Assembly (NCBI GenBank): GCA_947455015.1
Contig: CANGMY010000001.1
Location: 432 to 64,431 of the forward strand
DNA: 64,000 nt
DNA from: Microthrixaceae bacterium
GTDB lineage: Bacteria; Actinomycetota; Acidimicrobiia; Acidimicrobiales; Acidimicrobilacustridaceae
Direction of reading: 5' to 3'
Both the position numbers and the translations under genes were made by a program. Shown here piece after piece: positions 34,233-43,890 of the stretch (its first letter is position 1; each line of letters starts with the position of its first letter). The notes beneath the pieces are model-generated. The model had not been told where the DNA came from. It was given only the letters and a program-made list of their open reading frames with translations, and did no database searches.

Positions 34233-34238
34233 CTTGCC

Positions 34239-34274
34239 ATGCGTTCTTTTGCTCTGGAGCTTCTACTTCGTTAG
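34239..34274 (+). CDS. Putative leuA leader peptide MRSFALELLLR
   Basis: ATG CGT TCT TTT GCT CTG GAG CTT CTA CTT CGT TAG; three tandem Leu codons including CTA. Confidence 0.82.
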   Translation: MRSFALELLLR

Positions 34275-34336
34275 GCGGGTGCCACATATGGCGCCTGCCA
34301 ACCTCCTGCGCCCTCGGGCCGGGGGGTTTTTTCGTT
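34274..34336 (+). promoter_or_regulatory. leuA attenuator (hairpin plus intrinsic terminator)
   Basis: GGCGGGTGCCA/TGGCGCCTGCC hairpin 34274-34299; AACCTCCTG..GCC/GGC..CGGGGGGTT stem followed by T6. Confidence 0.82.
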
Positions 34337-34394
34337 CTCCGGCCTGTTTCCGTTTCTTCCCCAAAAAGCACTACCTGCCCCGAAAGGCACCGTT

Positions 34395-35978
34395 ATGAGT
34401 TCCACCTCCGACACCACCGCAAACAACGACAGGGTCATCATTTTTGATACGACCCTTCGTGACGGCGAACAGTCTCCGGGAATCTCGCTCGATCAGGGTG
34501 AGAAGGTTGAAATCGCGGAACAACTCGCTCGTCTTGGTGTCGATGTCATCGAGGCCGGTTTCCCGATCGCTAGCCAGGGCGACTTCGAGTCCGTGCAGGC
34601 CATCGCGAAGTCCGTGCGCGGACCAGTGATTTGTGGTCTGTCTCGTACGGCGCTGGGCGATGTCGATCGTTGTTGGGAAGCCATCGAGTCGGCAGAGCGT
34701 CGCCGCATTCACGTGTTCATCGCCACGAGCGAAACACATATGAAGCACAAGCTGCGCATGACTCCCGACCAGGTCAAGGCTGAAGCGGCATCGGGTGTGG
34801 CTCGCGCTCGTTCGTATACCGAAGATGTCGAGTTCTCGCCAGAAGACGCGTCGCGTTCTGATTTCGACTTCATGTGCGAGGTTCTGCAGATCGCAGTCGA
34901 CAATGGCGCGACCACGCTGAACATTCCCGACACCGTTGGTTTCGCGGTTCCACAGGAATACGCCGAGCGCCTGGCCAATGTCCGCAAGGTCGTCAAAGGC
35001 GACTACATCATCTCCACCCATTGCCATAACGATCTGGGTATGGCTGTTGCCAACTCTCTGGCTGCAGTGCAGTTGGGTGCACGTCAGGTCGAATGTGCGA
35101 TCAACGGTCTGGGCGAGCGTGCCGGTAACGCAGCGCTGGAAGAAATCGTGATGGCGCTTCGCACGCGTTCGGATTACTTCGGCGGAATTGATACCGGCAT
35201 CAAGTCCGAGGAACTGGCTCGTACTTCGCGTTTGGTCAGCCGCCTCACTGCCTATCCCGTTCAGTACAACAAGGCCGTTGTTGGCCGAAATGCGTTCGCG
35301 CACGAATCGGGTATCCATCAGCACGGCGTCCTGAATGAACGCACGACCTACGAAATCATGGACCCTGCTGCAGTTGGTCAGGGCGAGTCGAAAATCGTTC
35401 TGGGCAAGCATTCGGGCCGCCACGCGTTTGCCGACACCTTGAAGAAGATGGGTTACGACCTGCACGGGGATGCACTCAATCAGGTGTTCGCCCGATTCAA
35501 GGAACTGGCCGATCGCAAAGTTGAACTGAGCGATGCTGATCTCGAAGCGTTAGTCGCCGAGGAAATGGGCGACACCGTTCGTTACGCGTTCTCACTCGTC
35601 TCGCTCGATAGCCACGGTGGGTCGAGCTCGACACCAACCGCAACGATCGTGCTTGATCACGACGGCAAGAAAATCGAAGCAACCGCGGCAGGATCAGGAA
35701 TGGTCGACGCCGCGTGTGCCGCAATTCGTCAGGCCACGGGCATCGAAGGAACCCTCACCGATTACGCCGTCACCTCGGTGACTGGTGGCGTCGACGCATT
35801 GGCCGATGTTGCGCTGCGCTTCGAGGTCGATGGTGTTTCGATGCCCGGTCGTGGACTTTCGACCGATGTGGTCGAGGCCTCGGCCCGAGCATTGCTCAAT
35901 GCACTGAATCGCATTGTGCGGGTTCGTGACACTGGCGAAGACCCGACCGCGGTATCGCGGCCGGGCTCGCTCAGTTAG
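34395..35978 (+). CDS. leuA: 2-isopropylmalate synthase (short bacterial type)
   Basis: DTTLRDGEQSPG, HCHNDLG, GERAGN, NAFAHESGIHQHG, regulatory C-terminal domain. Confidence 0.96.
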   Translation: MSSTSDTTANNDRVIIFDTTLRDGEQSPGISLDQGEKVEIAEQLARLGVDVIEAGFPIASQGDFESVQAIAKSVRGPVICGLSRTALGDVDRCWEAIESAERRRIHVFIATSETHMKHKLRMTPDQVKAEAASGVARARSYTEDVEFSPEDASRSDFDFMCEVLQIAVDNGATTLNIPDTVGFAVPQEYAERLANVRKVVKGDYIISTHCHNDLGMAVANSLAAVQLGARQVECAINGLGERAGNAALEEIVMALRTRSDYFGGIDTGIKSEELARTSRLVSRLTAYPVQYNKAVVGRNAFAHESGIHQHGVLNERTTYEIMDPAAVGQGESKIVLGKHSGRHAFADTLKKMGYDLHGDALNQVFARFKELADRKVELSDADLEALVAEEMGDTVRYAFSLVSLDSHGGSSSTPTATIVLDHDGKKIEATAAGSGMVDAACAAIRQATGIEGTLTDYAVTSVTGGVDALADVALRFEVDGVSMPGRGLSTDVVEASARALLNALNRIVRVRDTGEDPTAVSRPGSLS

Positions 35979-35979
35979 T

Positions 35980-36576
35980 TCAACGATTCGTTGCTGGCAT
36001 CCACGCGGGGCGGGTTGCCTCGAACGCGGTGATCGCGTCGACGTGCTGCAGAGTGATGCCGATGTCGTCGAGTCCATTCAGGAATCGTTCCTGGGTGGAA
36101 TCGTCGAGCGGAAACTCGATGTCGATGTCGAGTGCAGGAACCACAACGCGCTTGGTGGCGATGTCGATCGTGATCTCAACGGTCGGGTCGGCTTCAACGG
36201 CACGAAGGATGCGATCGCTGACGTCGGCGGGAAGTACGACGGGAACGAGTCCGTTCTTCGCGGAGTTGTTGCGGAAGATGTCGCCGAAACGAGGAGCGAT
36301 CACGGCCGCAAATCCGTAATCCATGATTGACCACACAGCATGTTCGCGAGATGAACCCACGCCGAAGTTGGCGCCGGCCACAAGGATGTTGGCATCGCCG
36401 AACTGTGGGAGGTTCATGACGAATTCCGGATCTTCACGCCATTCGGAGAACAGGCCCTGGCCGAAGCCGGTGCGCTCAACGCGCTTGAGCCAATCGCTCG
36501 GGATGATCTGATCGGTATCGACATCGGAACGGTCGAGTGGAAGTGCGGTTCCGGTGATGGTGATAACTGGTTCCAT
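35980..36576 (-). CDS. leuD: 3-isopropylmalate dehydratase small subunit
   Basis: DVDTDQIIP, NFGVGSSREHA, FGDIFRNN, GLDDIGITL. Confidence 0.97.
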   Translation of the reverse strand: MEPVITITGTALPLDRSDVDTDQIIPSDWLKRVERTGFGQGLFSEWREDPEFVMNLPQFGDANILVAGANFGVGSSREHAVWSIMDYGFAAVIAPRFGDIFRNNSAKNGLVPVVLPADVSDRILRAVEADPTVEITIDIATKRVVVPALDIDIEFPLDDSTQERFLNGLDDIGITLQHVDAITAFEATRPAWMPATNR

Positions 36577-36592
36577 GATCTTCTCAGTTCTC

Positions 36593-37996
36593 TCAGGCCA
36601 GATCGCGAGGATCGGCAAAGGTTCCAGCGATAGCGGTTGCTGCAGCGACGGCAGGTGAAACAAGGTGCGTGCGGCCACCCTTGCCCTGACGTCCTTCGAA
36701 GTTGCGGTTCGAGGTTGAAGCGGAACGCTCGCCCGGTGACAACTTGTCCGGGTTCATGGCGAGACACATCGAACAGCCCGGTTCACGCCAATCGAAACCA
36801 GCCGCAGTGAAGATCTTGTCGAGGCCTTCAGCTTCGGCTTGACCCTTCACGACAAACGAACCGGGCACGACCATGGCGCGCACTCCAGCGGCAACCTGAC
36901 GACCCTCGGCGACCGCAGCTGCGGCACGAAGGTCTTCGATGCGACTGTTGGTGCATGAACCGATGAACACGGTCTGTACGGGGATGTCTTTGATCGGTGT
37001 TCCAGCAGTGAGGCCCATGTATTCGAGCGCACGTGCTGCGGCATCGCGATCGGCTGAATCGGCGAACGACGCAGGTTCGGGAACATTGGCATCAAGTTCG
37101 ATGACCTGGCCGGGGTTGGTGCCCCACGAAACAAACGGACGCAGTTTCGTTGCATCGATGTCGACAACCTTGTCGAAGACAGCGCCTTCGTCGGTGGGCA
37201 GCGTGCGCCAGTAGGCAACAGCCGCGTCCCAATCGTCACCGGTCGGGGCGTACTTGCGTCCCTTGAGGTACTCGAACGTTGTTTCATCAGGAGCGATGAG
37301 GCCGGCCTTTGCGCCAGCTTCGATCGACATGTTGCAGACGGTCATGCGACCTTCCATCGACAGCGAACGGATGGCTTCGCCTCGGTATTCGATGACCGAA
37401 CCGATGCCGCCGCCGGTGCCGATGCGCCCGATGATCGCGAGCACGAGATCCTTGGCGGTAACGCCATCGGGAAGCGCGCCGTTCACATTGACGGCCATCG
37501 TCGAAGCCGGATGTTGGGGGAGCGTTTGTGTGGCCATGACATGCTCAACCTCGGAGGTACCGATGCCGAAGGCCAGCGCACCGAATGCGCCATGGGTTGC
37601 GGTGTGGCTATCGCCGCACACGATGGTCATGCCCGGCATGGTCAGACCTTGCTCCGGGCCGATCACGTGAACGATGCCCTGACCAGGTGTGCCCATTGCA
37701 TGTTCGACGATGCCGAACTCTGAGGTGTTGGCACGCAACACATCGACCTGCTTGCGCGAGATGGGGTCGGCGATGGGCTGATCGATATCAGAGGTGGGAA
37801 CGTTGTGATCTTCAGTAGCGACAGTGAGTTCTGGGCGACGAACGCCACGACCGTTGAGACGCAGACCATCGAAGGCCTGTGGCGAAGTCACCTCATGGAC
37901 AAGGTGGAGGTCGATGTAGAGGACATCGGGTTCGCCATCGGCACGATGCACGATGTGATCGTCCCAAAGCTTCTGAGAGAGGGTTCTCGGGGCCAT
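36593..37996 (-). CDS. leuC: 3-isopropylmalate dehydratase large subunit
   Basis: [43 protein letters not shown]. Confidence 0.98.
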   Translation of the reverse strand: MAPRTLSQKLWDDHIVHRADGEPDVLYIDLHLVHEVTSPQAFDGLRLNGRGVRRPELTVATEDHNVPTSDIDQPIADPISRKQVDVLRANTSEFGIVEHAMGTPGQGIVHVIGPEQGLTMPGMTIVCGDSHTATHGAFGALAFGIGTSEVEHVMATQTLPQHPASTMAVNVNGALPDGVTAKDLVLAIIGRIGTGGGIGSVIEYRGEAIRSLSMEGRMTVCNMSIEAGAKAGLIAPDETTFEYLKGRKYAPTGDDWDAAVAYWRTLPTDEGAVFDKVVDIDATKLRPFVSWGTNPGQVIELDANVPEPASFADSADRDAAARALEYMGLTAGTPIKDIPVQTVFIGSCTNSRIEDLRAAAAVAEGRQVAAGVRAMVVPGSFVVKGQAEAEGLDKIFTAAGFDWREPGCSMCLAMNPDKLSPGERSASTSNRNFEGRQGKGGRTHLVSPAVAAATAIAGTFADPRDLA

Positions 37997-38063
37997 GTGC
38001 TGCTCCTGTTCGGGAGATGGACCGGGGCCGACGGTGACGTGGGCTCAGGACGGCGCAGTTTGT

Positions 38064-38080
38064 GTCTCACATAATGGGAC
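38064..38080. promoter_or_regulatory. Putative IclR (NdgR/LtbR-type) operator between divergent leuC and iclR promoters
   Basis: GTCTCA-CATAA-TGGGAC imperfect palindrome, between CAAACT (minus strand, 38057-38062) and TAGTCT (plus strand, 38083-38088). Confidence 0.65.
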
Positions 38081-38094
38081 GCTAGTCTTGCTCC

Positions 38095-38763
38095 GTGGGA
38101 AACACTGTAGGCGGTGTCGGAGTCCTTGACAAGGCGATTGATGTTCTTGCCGCGCTCGAGCTTCAGCCTCGATCGTTGTCCGAACTTGTGGTCGTAACTG
38201 GACTGCCTCGCGCGACCGCACATCGACTCGCGACGGCGCTTGAACAGCATGGTCTCGTGCGGCGTGACGGCGATGGGCGATTCATGCTGGGAACGCGTCT
38301 GCTCTCGCTTGGCCAGGCGGCTGCAGAAACCTGGCCGCTTGCGACCGCAGCAGCGGTTCCTCTGGCGACGTTGCGTGATGAAACCGGTGAAAGCGTGCAG
38401 CTCTTTGTGCGTGATGGTGAGGAGCGAGTCTGCATTGCTGCTCTGCAATCACTTCATGGTTTGCGAACCATTGTTCCGCTCGGCGCTCGACTTCCACTTT
38501 CGGCGGGTTCGGCAGCGCGCGTCCTTACAGAAGATGTCGGAGCAATTGGCGAGTGGGCACAAAGTGTTGGAGAACGCGAGGCCGGTGTCGCGTCGGTCTC
38601 TGCCCCGGTTCGTGATTCGGGCGGTCGAATCGTCGCTGCAGTCAGCGTTTCTGGCCCGATTGAGAGAACCACGAAACAGCCGGGCAAGCGGTACGGTGCC
38701 TTTGTGGTCAACGCAGCCCGCCAGATCGAAGTGAATGCCGGTCTTCGAGGCGCAGGCGCATGA
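38095..38763 (+). CDS. IclR family regulator divergent from leuCD (NdgR/LtbR-like)
   Basis: GVGVLDKA, GLPRATAHRLA HTH, TGESVQL, GEREAGVASVSAPV, SVSGPIER; conserved position. Confidence 0.92.
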   Translation: MGNTVGGVGVLDKAIDVLAALELQPRSLSELVVVTGLPRATAHRLATALEQHGLVRRDGDGRFMLGTRLLSLGQAAAETWPLATAAAVPLATLRDETGESVQLFVRDGEERVCIAALQSLHGLRTIVPLGARLPLSAGSAARVLTEDVGAIGEWAQSVGEREAGVASVSAPVRDSGGRIVAAVSVSGPIERTTKQPGKRYGAFVVNAARQIEVNAGLRGAGA

Positions 38764-40331
38764 CCGAACGTCCGCTCGCAGCAATTGATATTGGAACCAA
38801 CTCGTTCCACATGGTTGTCGCTCGAGTGGGCGAAGTTTCTGTTGCCGGCGAGTTCATCGGGCCAGCATTCGAGGTCATCGCCCGAGAAAAGGAAATGGTT
38901 CGCTTGGGCTCGAGCTCTGGCGACATGAAAGAACTCTCTGAAGAGGCGATCGATCGCGGCGTGCTCGCGCTGAAGCGTCTAGTGAAGATCGCTGCAATTC
39001 ACGATGCCGATGTTGTTGCTGTTGCGACAAGTGCCGTGCGCGAAGCCGAGAACGCCGATGTCTTTATTGACCGCGCTCGTGACGAAGCAGGCGTGGTTGT
39101 CGATGTGATCGCTGGGGTCGAAGAGGCCCGACTTATTCACATTGGTGTGCTGCAAGCGGTGCCAGTGTTTGATCAGCGACTTGTTGTTATCGATATCGGC
39201 GGCGGCAGCACGGAAATTCTCGTTGGCGAGCAGGGTGAAACGTTGGCTGCCGGCAGTTTCAAACTTGGAGCAATTCGTCTCACTCGTCGCTTCTTCCGGG
39301 GAGAACGCCTGCATCCTGGTGCGGTGGAGTCCTGTCGCCGGCATATCCGCTCAGTGATGGCGCCAATGGTGCGTGAAGTCGAACGAGTCGGATTTGGTGT
39401 AGCGATTGCGTCATCGGGAACGGCCGAAACGGTTGCATCTCTGGTGAATTCGCAGCGAGGAAATGCCTCTCCCCGCACGCTGAACAACTTCGTGATGACT
39501 CGAGATGAAATCAAGGAAGCTGTGCGGGCACTTGTTTCTGCGAGTTCGGTCGAGGAACGACGAGCAATCCGAGGAATGGATCCCAGTCGCGCCGACATCA
39601 TCCTTGCGGGCGCGCTCATCCTTGAACAGGCCGTTGAGGAACTGGGCATCGACGAAATCGTGATTTCCGACAACGCGTTGCGTGAGGGAGTGCTTCTCGA
39701 TGCACTTTCTCGACGTCGCGGCGCGACTCTTCATCACTTGCGCGACTTACGTCGGCGCAGTGTGCTTCATCTTGCCGAGTCAATGGATGATGACGTCGAC
39801 CACTCGATGCGAGCAGCTGGCTTCGCCCTCGACCTTTTCGATGAAACGTCTTCGCTTCATGGTCTCGGCGACGATTCGCGAGAACTGCTCGAGGCCGGTG
39901 CGCTCCTCGCCAACGTGGGGCTTTCGGTGTCGCACTCCGAGCATCACAAACATTCGTATTACGTGATTCGTCACTCCGATCGTCTCGCTGGTTTTACCGA
40001 CCACGAAATCGAACTCATTGCTCAGATTGCGCGCTATCACCGCAAGAGCGCTCCGAAACTGAAACACCCGGAGTTCGCTCATCTTTGGCCCGATGATCAG
40101 GCACGGGTACGTATTCTCGCCGGTCTCCTTCGGGTTGCAATCGCGCTTGATCGCTCGCATAAGGGCAGAGTCGAGCGCATCGTTGTCTCTGCGGACGAAG
40201 GAGCAGACGAGGTTGTGGTAGCGGTGAAACAGCGCGATGGGCTGGACGTCGACCTTGAGGTGCAAACCGCCGAAGACCGAAAAGGACTTCTCGAAGACGT
40301 CTTAGGTCGACGCGTTCGGTTTAGTAGTTGA
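38760..40331 (+). CDS. ppx: Ppx/GppA exopolyphosphatase/pppGpp phosphohydrolase, long form
   Basis: AAIDIGTNS, ATSAVREA, EEARL, DIGGGSTE, LREG, C-terminal HD-like domain. Confidence 0.9.
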   Translation: MTERPLAAIDIGTNSFHMVVARVGEVSVAGEFIGPAFEVIAREKEMVRLGSSSGDMKELSEEAIDRGVLALKRLVKIAAIHDADVVAVATSAVREAENADVFIDRARDEAGVVVDVIAGVEEARLIHIGVLQAVPVFDQRLVVIDIGGGSTEILVGEQGETLAAGSFKLGAIRLTRRFFRGERLHPGAVESCRRHIRSVMAPMVREVERVGFGVAIASSGTAETVASLVNSQRGNASPRTLNNFVMTRDEIKEAVRALVSASSVEERRAIRGMDPSRADIILAGALILEQAVEELGIDEIVISDNALREGVLLDALSRRRGATLHHLRDLRRRSVLHLAESMDDDVDHSMRAAGFALDLFDETSSLHGLGDDSRELLEAGALLANVGLSVSHSEHHKHSYYVIRHSDRLAGFTDHEIELIAQIARYHRKSAPKLKHPEFAHLWPDDQARVRILAGLLRVAIALDRSHKGRVERIVVSADEGADEVVVAVKQRDGLDVDLEVQTAEDRKGLLEDVLGRRVRFSS

Positions 40332-41305
40332 ACGTGGTGCGCTTCCGTCTGACTTTCGGAAGCGCAATTTTTGGTGCGTCAATGCTGCTTGCCGGATGTT
40401 TGGTGAACCAGCGCAGCCTTGGCGCCGCAGAGAAACTCACACCGTCGGCTCCGACAATCGTTACTCCGACTCTCAACAACGTTTCGTACGGTCCGGAGAG
40501 TCATCAGCATCTCGACATCTACCGTCCTGAAGGAATGCCGCGAGGCACGATCGTTTACTTCCATGCAGGCGGTTGGTGTTGTGGCGACGAGGACGATGTC
40601 GACGCGCTAATCCTCTCGCAGATTGATCGTGGCTTCGCTGTCGTTTCGGTTCACTACGGACTCGCCCTTGAAGAAACTGCGGAAGAAATGAACGATGACG
40701 CCGACCGTTCGATCCGCTGGGTGAAGGCGCACGAAAGTGAGTGGGGCGCGCAGGCCAAGCCTGTGCTCGTTTCCGGTGGATCGGCTGGAGGCAACGTTGC
40801 TCTGCTGATGGGGAGCGCTCCAGGAGTCTTTGTTGAAGCGAACCTTCCGCCTGAACTTGCGGCAATGAGTCCGACTGTCGATGGCGTGATCTCATTTGTT
40901 GGGCCTTCAGATCTGCGCCCGTATGTCAACGGCCAGATCCCGCCGGCAGGCCTCGATGGGCAGCAACTCGTCGAGGACTATCTCGACTGTTCGAACCGTG
41001 GGAGTTTCAAACGCGGGACGACAACACCCATGTCTGCGTGCACGGAGTTGCGTTCGTTGCGGTTTAGTCCGCTGTTCTGGGCGTCGCTTCACGTGTGGGA
41101 GAACGATCTACCACCGGTCTATCTCGGTTACGGCGTGAATGACGCCCTGGTTCCGCCTTCGAGCCAAGCAATTCCACTTGCAGATGTCTGGGCAATGTCG
41201 GCGGGATCGGCGAACACGTGGCTTGATCTTGCAAACAGCACGCACAATGTCACTTTTGAGCTCAACGCGACTGCGTTCAATCGTTGGATGAATCAGTTCA
41301 ACTGA
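40328..41305 (+). CDS. Secreted/lipoprotein alpha/beta hydrolase (HSL-like esterase)
   Basis: LLAGC lipobox-like, HAGGW oxyanion motif, GGSAGG, DALVP, C-terminal His. Confidence 0.8.
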   Translation: MNVVRFRLTFGSAIFGASMLLAGCLVNQRSLGAAEKLTPSAPTIVTPTLNNVSYGPESHQHLDIYRPEGMPRGTIVYFHAGGWCCGDEDDVDALILSQIDRGFAVVSVHYGLALEETAEEMNDDADRSIRWVKAHESEWGAQAKPVLVSGGSAGGNVALLMGSAPGVFVEANLPPELAAMSPTVDGVISFVGPSDLRPYVNGQIPPAGLDGQQLVEDYLDCSNRGSFKRGTTTPMSACTELRSLRFSPLFWASLHVWENDLPPVYLGYGVNDALVPPSSQAIPLADVWAMSAGSANTWLDLANSTHNVTFELNATAFNRWMNQFN

Positions 41306-42170
41306 GTCGGGCGGCAACGTCTTGGCACGCGCTCAACAGCACATCGGCAAATCGTTCGGGACGAGTCGCGCACATGTCGTGGCGCCCGCTGACTTCGAAA
41401 ACGTTTGTGCCTGAAATCGCGTCAGCAAGTTGGCGTTGGCGATGGGGTGGGACGGTTTCGTCGCGAGTTGTGACTACAACTGCAGTCGGCACATTGACTG
41501 TTTCGATCCAGTTGCGAGCGTCATAGGACGCAACATCGTGGCCGGCCTCGAGCATGATTCGAAGGTCGTTCTGGCGCGCTTGTTCGCGTGCCCAGTTTCC
41601 TAACGGCGTCGTGTCGTATTTGGAAACGAGCACTCGTTCCGAAACTCGTCGGTTGACTGAAGATGGGGCCACTCGCGTTGCGAACGAAAGTCCGGTCACG
41701 ACTCCGCTAAGAGCACGCTCGCCGCGACGATCGCGGAATCTTGCTGCAGTCGCACACAGCACGAGACCTTCGATCATTTTTGGATGGCGTCTCCAGAGCA
41801 ACTGAGCGATCGGTCCGCCCATCGAATAGCCGACGGCGATTGCGCGTTCGATGCCGAGAACTTCAAGAACCGCAGCCGCATCATCAGCGCAGTCTTCGAG
41901 TTTGAATCGACGCCGACTTCGGATGCCTTGTCCGTGGCCGCGATGATCCATCGCAACCACGTTGAACTCGCGCTGCAGCGATTCGTAGGTTCCAAACCAA
42001 TTCAGCGCGGAATTCGCGGTCCACCCGTGCAGCAGAAGAAGCGTGGGCGCGCCGGGAGGGCCGGCGGCTTCGCGAATCCAGGTGGTCCCGCGATCGGGCA
42101 GATCCAGAGCGCGACCCTCGGGAAGACCTGGGGTCAGGAACGGCGTGGACCCAGGAAGCGCGGGCGACAT
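41298..42170 (-). CDS. Alpha/beta fold hydrolase
   Basis: LLHGW, DHRGHG, GYSMGG, DETVP, GRH; start trimmed to ATG 42170. Confidence 0.88.
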   Translation of the reverse strand: MSPALPGSTPFLTPGLPEGRALDLPDRGTTWIREAAGPPGAPTLLLLHGWTANSALNWFGTYESLQREFNVVAMDHRGHGQGIRSRRRFKLEDCADDAAAVLEVLGIERAIAVGYSMGGPIAQLLWRRHPKMIEGLVLCATAARFRDRRGERALSGVVTGLSFATRVAPSSVNRRVSERVLVSKYDTTPLGNWAREQARQNDLRIMLEAGHDVASYDARNWIETVNVPTAVVVTTRDETVPPHRQRQLADAISGTNVFEVSGRHDMCATRPERFADVLLSACQDVAARLS

Positions 42171-42183
42171 ATGAACGAAGCCG

Positions 42184-42648
42184 TCAGGCTTCGATAGCGA
42201 CGATTTCGACCTTGAGGACGCCGCCCGGAGCTTCGAAGTCGACGATGTCGCCGACTTTGGCGCCCATGAGGGCGACACCGAGAGGGGACCCGGGCGTGAG
42301 CACTTCGAGCTCGCCACGTTCCTCGACTGAACCGACCAGAAGGCGTTCGACCTCGTCATCGCCTTCGTAGCGGATGCTGACGATCACGCCGGCAACGACT
42401 GCGGAGCCATCGGCGGCCTCGACGATTTCGGCATCGAGAAGGAGTGCCTCGAGTTGGCGGATCCGGGCTTCCATCTTGCCCTGCTCCTCTTTGGCGGCGT
42501 GGTAGTCGCCATTTTCGGAGAGATCGCCCATTTCGCGGGCGGCCTGGATCTTGCGGGCAATATCGACCCGACCATGGGTGGTGAGCTGCTCATGTTCGGC
42601 GCTCAGCCGGTCGTGGGTCTGTTGGGTGAACTGGTGGACGTCGGCCAT
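42184..42648 (-). CDS. greA: Transcription elongation factor GreA
   Basis: AREMGDLSENGDYHAAKEEQ, SPLGVALMG. Confidence 0.95.
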   Translation of the reverse strand: MADVHQFTQQTHDRLSAEHEQLTTHGRVDIARKIQAAREMGDLSENGDYHAAKEEQGKMEARIRQLEALLLDAEIVEAADGSAVVAGVIVSIRYEGDDEVERLLVGSVEERGELEVLTPGSPLGVALMGAKVGDIVDFEAPGGVLKVEIVAIEA

Positions 42649-42720
42649 CTCGCCAGCGTACAAGGCACCCGTGGAACTCGCCTAGGGCGCCGGAAGGGGG
42701 TCGGGCTAGAGTCATGAGCC

Positions 42721-42771
42721 ATGTCCACACCGAGCCCACGCCGTTCGCGCTCCATCGTGATCATTCGCTAG
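42721..42771 (+). CDS. Putative leuB-ilvE-cimA leader peptide [16 protein letters not shown]
   Basis: ATG 8 nt after TAGAGT; ATC GTG ATC ATT CGC TAG Ile/Val cluster. Confidence 0.78.
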   Translation: MSTPSPRRSRSIVIIR

Positions 42772-42830
42772 CGCACGCCGAACCCGGTGTGCGCCCTCGG
42801 CCGTCCACCCCGGTGGGCGGCTTTCTCGTT
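42771..42830 (+). promoter_or_regulatory. leuB-ilvE-cimA attenuator (hairpin plus intrinsic terminator)
   Basis: GCGCACGCCG/CGGTGTGCGC hairpin 42771-42794; GCCGTCCAC/GTGGGCGGC stem 42800-42821 followed by TTTCTCGTT. Confidence 0.78.
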
Positions 42831-42898
42831 CCAGCACAGGTCTCGTCCCAAGTTCCTCAGTACTGCCCTCATCTGCACAGCAACCAATCGGAGTCATC

Positions 42899-43879
42899 GT
42901 GAGTCACAGAATCGGAGTCATCCCCGGAGACGGAATCGGCCATGAGGTCATCCCCGTGGCTCTCAATGTCATCCGCGCTGCAGGCGTTGAACTCGATTGC
43001 GTCGATTACGACCTCGGTGGCGCTCGTTATCTGCGCGACGGCGTCGTACTCGACGATGCAACGGTCGAAGAGTGGCGCGGTCTTGATGCGCTGCTTCTCG
43101 GAGCGGTGGGAACTCCCGATGTTCCACCAGGCGTCATTGAGCGCGGGCTTCTTCTCAAGATGCGATTCGATCTCGACCTGTATGTGAACCAGCGTCCGTT
43201 TCTCGCACCCGACGGTTCGCACGATTTCATCGTGATCCGTGAAAACACCGAAGGCACCTATGCCGGCGAAGGTGGCTTCCTGCGCAAGAACACACCGTTT
43301 GAGGTCGCAACGCAGGGATCGGTCAATACTCGTCATGGCGTAGAGCGTTGTGTTCGTTACGCATTCGAACTTGCGCGCAGTCGCGATCGCAAGCACCTCA
43401 CGCTGGTGCACAAGACCAATGTTCTGACGTTTGCTGGCGATCTTTGGGAGCGCACGTTCAACGAGGTCGCTGCCGAGTATCCCGATGTCTCCACCGCTTA
43501 CAACCATGTCGATGCGGCCTGCATCTACTTCGTTGAAGATCCAAAGCGTTACGACGTCATTGTCACCGACAATTTGTTCGGCGACATTCTCACCGATCTT
43601 GGTGGAGCTGTTTCTGGCGGAATCGGTTTCGCTTCCTCGGGCAACCTCAATCCCGATCGCACCAGCCCGTCAATGTTTGAGCCCGTACATGGTTCGGCGC
43701 CCGATATCGCAGGCCAGAACAAGGCAAACCCCGTCGCCGCGATTCTTTCGGCGGCGATGATGCTCGAATTCCTCGGTGAAGACGCGGCCGCTACCGCAAT
43801 CCGTAAGGCCTGTTCCGACACCGAAACCCTCACTGGTTCCACTACCGAAATCGGCGACCTTGTCGTCGCTCGTCTCTGA
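42899..43879 (+). CDS. leuB: 3-isopropylmalate dehydrogenase (actinobacterial type)
   Basis: [40 protein letters not shown]. Confidence 0.95.
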   Translation: MSHRIGVIPGDGIGHEVIPVALNVIRAAGVELDCVDYDLGGARYLRDGVVLDDATVEEWRGLDALLLGAVGTPDVPPGVIERGLLLKMRFDLDLYVNQRPFLAPDGSHDFIVIRENTEGTYAGEGGFLRKNTPFEVATQGSVNTRHGVERCVRYAFELARSRDRKHLTLVHKTNVLTFAGDLWERTFNEVAAEYPDVSTAYNHVDAACIYFVEDPKRYDVIVTDNLFGDILTDLGGAVSGGIGFASSGNLNPDRTSPSMFEPVHGSAPDIAGQNKANPVAAILSAAMMLEFLGEDAAATAIRKACSDTETLTGSTTEIGDLVVARL

Positions 43880-43890
43880 GAGGCAACGCA

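Noticed and set aside
35970-35990. Convergent genes abutting or overlapping without terminators (leuA/leuD, rhomboid/SRPBCC, mnmA/membrane protein, two hydrolases)
   Set aside because: Common in compact genomes; nothing in the sequence shows antisense regulation.
42714-42902. 62-aa ORF running through the leuB leader and ending on the leuB start
   Set aside because: Its ATG is 1 nt after the -10 hexamer, so it would not be on that transcript. Any GTGA/ATGA start creates such a stop. The 42721 uORF explains the region better.
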